Of a stretch of DNA of 64,000 nucleotides, positions 58,823 to 64,000 are shown piece by piece. The position numbers and the translations under genes are program-made. The notes beneath the pieces are model-generated. The model had not been told where the DNA came from. It searched no databases and saw only the letters and a program-made list of their open reading frames with translations. Source of the DNA: an uncultured delta proteobacterium (GTDB lineage Bacteria > Desulfobacterota > Desulfobacteria > Desulfobacterales > UBA2156); contig CAVTQK010000024.1 of the NCBI GenBank assembly GCA_963736855.1, positions 128,001 through 192,000 of the forward strand. The letters run 5' to 3'. Positions within the stretch are counted from its first letter, which is position 1. Each line of letters begins with the position of its first letter.

Positions 58823-59920
58823 GTGGCACCGGAATGGAAGGCGAGGGTTCCGGCCTATATCGCATCCATCCCGCCATATGTCCCTGGCAAACCCATCGAG
58901 GAAGTCGAAAGGGAATTCGGCATTGCCGATGCGGTCAAGCTCGCTTCGAATGAAAATCCGCTAGGACCGTCCCCAAAGGCGGTGGAGGCGATTCAAAAGG
59001 CCGCAGGCTTCATCCACCGTTACCCCGACGGGAGCGGAAAAGCACTCATCGAGGCTTTAGGGGTTTCGCTGAGAATATCCAAAGATCGGATCGTTTTGGG
59101 CAACGGCTCGGACGAGATCATCGGTTTGTTGGTCCGGGCGTTGCTCCGACAAAACGATGCGGCTGTCATGCCCAAGCCTTCCTTCCTCATATATGAGATT
59201 ACGGTAAGAAGCGTTGGTGCCACACCCGTTAAGGTCCCGCTTAAGGATTTTGCCATCGACCTGGAGGCCATGGCCGACCACATTCGCCCTGAAACCAAGA
59301 TGATTTTTTTGACGAATCCTCATAACCCCACCGGGTCTCTCATCACCCAGAAAGACTTCGAGCGATTCATGTCCCGGATCCCCCCAGGTGTTGTGGTGAT
59401 ATTGGATGAGGCCTACATTGAATTCGTGCGGGAACCGACCTGTCTGAACAGCCTGGCCTATGTCGAGACTCAAAATCCGGTAGTGACTTTGCGGACCTTT
59501 TCCAAGGCTTACGGTCTTGCGGGGTTGAGAATCGGTTATGGTGTGATGCCCGCCGAACTCGCGGAGATCGTGAACCGGATCCGGACACCCTTCAATACGA
59601 GCTCCCTGGCTCAAATCGGCGCCATAGCGGCTCTAAAGGACCCATCTTTTGTTAAAAAAACCGTCTCTTTGGTCCATGAGGAACTCGATTTTTTGTATGC
59701 AGCGATCAGGCGCCTTGGACTGACGGTTTTTCCGAGTCAAGCCAATTACATCATGATCGACGTCAAGCAAAGCGCGGATGACGTTTTTCAGCGCCTCCTC
59801 AGAGAGGGGGTCATTGTGCGATCCATGACCGCCTACGGATTTCCTGAATATGTGCGGATCAGCATAGGCTTGCATACCGAAAACATCCGTTTGGTCGAAG
59901 CGCTGAAGAGGTGCTTGTGA
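58823..59920 (+). CDS. hisC: Histidinol-phosphate aminotransferase
   Basis: Motifs KLASNENP, GNGSDE, NPHNPTG, DEAY and RTFSKAYGLAGLRIGY. Confidence 0.95.
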   Translation: MAPEWKARVPAYIASIPPYVPGKPIEEVEREFGIADAVKLASNENPLGPSPKAVEAIQKAAGFIHRYPDGSGKALIEALGVSLRISKDRIVLGNGSDEIIGLLVRALLRQNDAAVMPKPSFLIYEITVRSVGATPVKVPLKDFAIDLEAMADHIRPETKMIFLTNPHNPTGSLITQKDFERFMSRIPPGVVVILDEAYIEFVREPTCLNSLAYVETQNPVVTLRTFSKAYGLAGLRIGYGVMPAELAEIVNRIRTPFNTSSLAQIGAIAALKDPSFVKKTVSLVHEELDFLYAAIRRLGLTVFPSQANYIMIDVKQSADDVFQRLLREGVIVRSMTAYGFPEYVRISIGLHTENIRLVEALKRCL

Positions 59921-60645
59921 ACACTCGGAAAGGGGGATTTCCTCCAGGTCCCCCGGAAAAATGCTGCCGACATTCAAAACCGCTTCTCATCACCATCGAC
60001 GGTCCGGCTGGAGCCGGGAAGACCACTATCGGCAAGCGTCTGGCAGGCTGTCTGAAATACCGATATGTCGATACGGGTGCGCTCTACCGTGCGGTGGCGC
60101 ATGAAGCCCTCAGGGCAGGGATTGCATCCGATGACGATCCGAAGCTTCGTGCAATGTGTGGCGGATTGAACCTGAAATTCGAAGAAGGCTCCATGGGTGT
60201 ACGGCTGCTGGCTAACGACAGAGACATCACCGACGCAATCCGGACCCCCGAGATCGCCATGGCAGCCTCCAAGGCCTCGGCGCAACCCTCGGTCAGAGAG
60301 CATTTGCTGAACGTTCAGCGAAAGTTAGGGAAAGATCGGTGCGTCGTGTTCGAAGGGAGGGATATGGGTACCGTTGTCTTTCCGGATGCCGATGTGAAGT
60401 TTTTTCTCGACGCCGAGCCGCGCGTCCGGGCCCAGAGACGATTTCACGAGATGAAACATCCTCCCCAGATGACCTTGGACGAAATGGAGAAGGAGATCGT
60501 TTGCCGGGATCAGGCAGACAGCACCCGAATGTTGGCACCCCTAAGAGCTGCCCCTGATGCGGTGCGCATCGATTCCAGCCGGCTTTCCGAAGATGAAGTG
60601 ATCCGACGGATGCTCGACCATATTCACCGCAATGCCGGGCCATGA
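59911..60645 (+). CDS. cmk: Cytidylate kinase (start approximate)
   Basis: Motifs IDGPAGAGKTT, DTGALYRA and EGRDMGTVVFPDA. Confidence 0.95.
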   Translation: MLVNTRKGGFPPGPPEKCCRHSKPLLITIDGPAGAGKTTIGKRLAGCLKYRYVDTGALYRAVAHEALRAGIASDDDPKLRAMCGGLNLKFEEGSMGVRLLANDRDITDAIRTPEIAMAASKASAQPSVREHLLNVQRKLGKDRCVVFEGRDMGTVVFPDADVKFFLDAEPRVRAQRRFHEMKHPPQMTLDEMEKEIVCRDQADSTRMLAPLRAAPDAVRIDSSRLSEDEVIRRMLDHIHRNAGP

Positions 60646-60836
60646 CAAAGGATTTGGCTTTTACCTCTAAAGCGTTTCTGAGAGGTAGAGCTTTATGTTT
60701 TAAAAATAACGCATTCCGGCGCCATCAATAAAATAATCGTTGTTTTTTAGAATTGAACATGGTAGTTAAAATCGTTTAAAGAGGCAATGGCACCATCGAT
60801 TAACCCAATAAACCAGGCAAGGGAGAAACGCGTTTC

Positions 60837-62684
60837 ATGGAAAACTTGGAAAAAAACCAAACGACCCAACCCACCGACTCAAGCAGCGGCCCCGACACGG
60901 TTCCGGCCCATGCTTCCCAGACAACAGACATCCTGACAAAGACGCAGGACAGTAATTCCCCACCCGGAGATGGGGTTGCTCCCGCGAAAGGCCAGGATTC
61001 GGCTGGAAGAAAAGAGGGGGAGTTGGAAGAGATGTACAAGGAAAGCTTCAAACGCTTTGAAGAAGGTGAAATCGTCACCGGAAGGATTATATCGGTGGAT
61101 AAAGACCATGTTCTGGTCGATATCGGATATAAATCCGAAGGACAGATTCCCATCGGCGAATTCGCCGATGATAGAGGAAAGGTGAGTGTCAACATCGACG
61201 ATCCGGTGGAGGTCATGGTCGAATGGTGGGACGATGAAGAAGAGAGAGTCATCCTTTCCAAGGAGAAAGCCGAGAAAATTAAGGTTTGGGAAGAAATCAA
61301 GCAGGCCCACGATCAGGACGGAACCGTCACTGGAATCATTATCGGTCGTGTCAAGGGCGGATTTACTGTGGACATCGGAGTCCAGGCTTTTCTGCCGGGC
61401 TCCCAGGCGGACTTGCGACCTATACATAATTTGGACGATATGGTGGGGAAGAGCTTCTCGTTTAAAGTTTTGAAATATAACCGCAAGCGGAGCAACGTGG
61501 TTTTATCGAGGAGAGTCATCCTGGAAAAGGAGGCCGTTGCCAAACGGTCTGCCACACTGGCTTCGATCCATGAAGGAAAGGTGATGGAAGGGATCGTTAA
61601 AAACATCACCGAATATGGCGTCTTCGTGGATTTGGGTGGCGTGGACGGTCTGCTCCACATCACCGATATTTCCTGGGGACGGGTGAAACATCCCTCCGAG
61701 CTCTTTTCCATCGGCAACAAGATAACGGTCAAAGTGCTCAATCTCGATCTGGAAAGGGAACGGGTATCCCTGGGGATGAAACAGCTCACTCCGGACCCCT
61801 GGTTGAATGCGGCGCAGAAATATCCTATCGGATCGCGGATCTCAGGCAAGGTAGTGAGCCTGACGGACTACGGGGCATTCATCGAACTGGAAGAAGGGGT
61901 GGAAGGACTTATCCATGTGTCGGAGATGTCCTGGACCCGCAAGATCCGTCATCCGTCCAAGGTGGTTTCCGTCGAGGAAAAAGTGGAAGCGGTCGTTTTG
62001 GATATCAAGCCGGATAGCCGGAGAATCTCGTTGGGAATGAAGCAGGTGGTTCCCAATCCGTGGGATGTAATCAGCGAAAAATACCCAGTGGGCACCGTCA
62101 TCGAAGGGAAGATTAAAAACATCACCGATTTCGGTATTTTCATCGGCATCGATGAAGGGATTGACGGGTTGATCCACATCTCGGACATTTCCTGGACCAA
62201 GCGTATCAAACACCCCTCCGAACTGTACAAGAAAGGCGATACGATCCAGGCAAAAGTCCTCGATATCGAAAAGGAAAACGAGAGATTTTCTTTAGGTATC
62301 AAGCACCTTCAGACGGATCCATGGTCCACGGTCGAACACCGCTATCACGTCGGTAAAGAGATCACAGGAACCATCACCAATCTGACCGACTTCGGAATTT
62401 TCGTGGAACTCGAGGAAGGCATCGAGGGACTGGTTCACGTATCGGAGATCAGCAAAGAGAAGATCAAGACTCCGGTCGGAAAGTATAATATCGGGGATGC
62501 CATCACCGCCAAGGTTATGAATATCAACAGCGATGAGAGAAGAATCGGTCTTTCCATCAAGCGCCTGGACATGGAAAGCGATCAGAACCTGCTCAAAGAA
62601 TACGTCAATCAAATGGCGACGCCCACCTCCACCTTCGGAGAGCTTCTCCGGAACAACCTCAAGGACAAGTTAAAGGGAGAATAG
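60837..62684 (+). CDS. rpsA: 30S ribosomal protein S1
   Basis: Six S1 repeats (DIGYKSEG, YGVFVDLGGVDGLLH, and others). Confidence 0.97.
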   Translation: MENLEKNQTTQPTDSSSGPDTVPAHASQTTDILTKTQDSNSPPGDGVAPAKGQDSAGRKEGELEEMYKESFKRFEEGEIVTGRIISVDKDHVLVDIGYKSEGQIPIGEFADDRGKVSVNIDDPVEVMVEWWDDEEERVILSKEKAEKIKVWEEIKQAHDQDGTVTGIIIGRVKGGFTVDIGVQAFLPGSQADLRPIHNLDDMVGKSFSFKVLKYNRKRSNVVLSRRVILEKEAVAKRSATLASIHEGKVMEGIVKNITEYGVFVDLGGVDGLLHITDISWGRVKHPSELFSIGNKITVKVLNLDLERERVSLGMKQLTPDPWLNAAQKYPIGSRISGKVVSLTDYGAFIELEEGVEGLIHVSEMSWTRKIRHPSKVVSVEEKVEAVVLDIKPDSRRISLGMKQVVPNPWDVISEKYPVGTVIEGKIKNITDFGIFIGIDEGIDGLIHISDISWTKRIKHPSELYKKGDTIQAKVLDIEKENERFSLGIKHLQTDPWSTVEHRYHVGKEITGTITNLTDFGIFVELEEGIEGLVHVSEISKEKIKTPVGKYNIGDAITAKVMNINSDERRIGLSIKRLDMESDQNLLKEYVNQMATPTSTFGELLRNNLKDKLKGE

Positions 62685-62705
62685 GCGGATCCTAATTCAG
62701 CGGCC

Positions 62706-63593
62706 ATGTTTTCACGCAGGCATCCCTATCTTTTTTTCATCCTGATCTTCAGCGGAATCGTCTGCGCCGTGATTCTCGGTACGTCGGTCCTTATCGCCGT
62801 TTACAGCCGGGGATCGGACTTTGATTTCCGGGAAAAAGTGGGCGTGATTGAGATCTCAGGCGTCATCTCGGACTCCCGGGAAACCGTCGATGCTTTGAAG
62901 GAGTTTCGGGAAAACGAGATTATTAAAGCCATCGTGGTGCGCATCGACTCCCCTGGAGGCGGTGTCGGACCTTCCCAGGAAATTTTCAGGGAGATTCAGA
63001 AAACCGTCTCAAAGAAAAAAGTGGTTGCCTCCATGGGAGGCGTTGCCGCCTCAGGGGGGTATTATATCGCCGCCGGGACGGATGCCATCTTTGCCAATCC
63101 GGGGACCATTACCGGCAGTATCGGCGTCATCATGGGCTTTACCAATTTCCAGACGCTTCTGGATAAAATCGGTCTGGTACCCATCATCATCAAAAGCGGG
63201 GAGTACAAGGATACAGGATCCCCCGTAAGGAAGATGACGGACACCGAAAGAAAGATGCTGCAAGCCCTTGCGGAAAGGATTCATCAGCAATTCATACAAG
63301 ACGTTGCGCTGGGGAGGAAACGGGAGGTTTCCCAAATTCAGGCCCTTGCCGATGGAAGAATTTTTACCGGTGAAGAAGCCCAGTCCCTGGGATTGGTGGA
63401 TCAATTGGGAAACCTGGAGGACGCCGTCGAGTGGGTTGCGCGTCAATCGGGCATTCAGGGGAAGGTGAGCACCGTCTACGCCAGGGAAAAACGGTTTTCA
63501 CTCCTCAGGTACTTATTCGAATCCTCCCTCGACTCCATTGTAGATCAAGCCTTGAACACGCGGCTGCATGGCGGCTACCTTTATCTGCCGTAA
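62706..63593 (+). CDS. sppA: Signal peptide peptidase SppA (S49)
   Basis: Motifs DSPGG, AASGGYY, TGSIGV and SGEYKD. Confidence 0.93.
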   Translation: MFSRRHPYLFFILIFSGIVCAVILGTSVLIAVYSRGSDFDFREKVGVIEISGVISDSRETVDALKEFRENEIIKAIVVRIDSPGGGVGPSQEIFREIQKTVSKKKVVASMGGVAASGGYYIAAGTDAIFANPGTITGSIGVIMGFTNFQTLLDKIGLVPIIIKSGEYKDTGSPVRKMTDTERKMLQALAERIHQQFIQDVALGRKREVSQIQALADGRIFTGEEAQSLGLVDQLGNLEDAVEWVARQSGIQGKVSTVYAREKRFSLLRYLFESSLDSIVDQALNTRLHGGYLYLP

Positions 63594-63624
63594 TCGGGTC
63601 AACAACCGATAGCCATGACAAAGC

Positions 63625-64000
63625 TTACTCGAAGAGACTCACATCTCCAAGCCCTTTGCGAATGACTTCCGGGACGTCGCCGATCAGGGAGATGATGCTG
63701 GAAGGCTGCCCGGCAACAGGCCCTCCGTCGATGACTCCGTCAATGCGCAATCGGAAGAAATCATGAATCAGTGACGGATCGGTTAAGATGGTATGGTCAG
63801 GTGTCGTTGCGCTGGTGGAGATGATGGGATTTCCCAGTTCCTTCACAAGGGCCAGGCAGATCGCATGATTCGGTACCCGGATGCCGGCGGTTTTCCTCCG
63901 GGTCAGCATGATTTCAGGGACGAGTCGGGATCCCTCCAGGATGAAGGTGTAAGGTCCCGGAAGGAGGCGCCGCATCGTCTTGTAGGCGTAATTGGAAACC
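63625..64000 (-). CDS. Sua5/YciO/YrdC family threonylcarbamoyl-AMP synthase-like protein, 5' part beyond the window
   Basis: Motifs LPGPYTFIL, GIRVP, PIISTSA and PSSII..IRKG.G. Confidence 0.88.
   Translation of the reverse strand, partial: VSNYAYKTMRRLLPGPYTFILEGSRLVPEIMLTRRKTAGIRVPNHAICLALVKELGNPIISTSATTPDHTILTDPSLIHDFFRLRIDGVIDGGPVAGQPSSIISLIGDVPEVIRKGLGDVSLFE

Overview
This window looks like chromosomal DNA from a Desulfobacterota (Desulfobacterales-like) anaerobe, inferred from gene content and order. Most of it is housekeeping: kdsA-kdsC-lptCAB-rpoN-hpf-ptsN-rapZ-IIA-gap-tpiA-secG-tRNA-Leu(GAG); thpR-recA-alaS; peptidoglycan-recycling genes (MurU-AmgK fusion, NamZ-like); plsB and rnhA; and a 2-oxoacid:ferredoxin oxidoreductase operon followed by hisC-cmk-rpsA-sppA. 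Five things stand out. (1) A family of non-coding palindromic miniature elements occurs as two body types (A, about 194 bp; B, 157 bp). They share a terminal inverted repeat, are flanked by 2-bp duplications in AA-NN-TTG-like targets, and stack as A-B tandems, including directly in front of recA. Type B reads open and in frame with the gene downstream. (2) A roughly 9 kb mosaic island (about 17.3-26.6 kb) lies at the 3' side of tRNA-Leu and is punctuated by IS91-like ends and an IS3 relic. It carries DUF169, MltC-like and AAA+ ATPase genes and a LysM/peptidoglycan-binding + GH5-like hydrolase + truncated LysM cassette. (3) There are two uncharacterised envelope modules: a signal-peptide PIMT coupled to a polytopic spermidine-synthase-like protein, and a transglutaminase-like protein coupled to an ABC exporter. 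(4) A small MamI-like membrane protein is present. (5) Single-base frameshifts interrupt gap, the NamZ-like gene and murU-amgK; these are most likely assembly errors. All calls come from reading the sequence and recalling motifs; no database searches were run.
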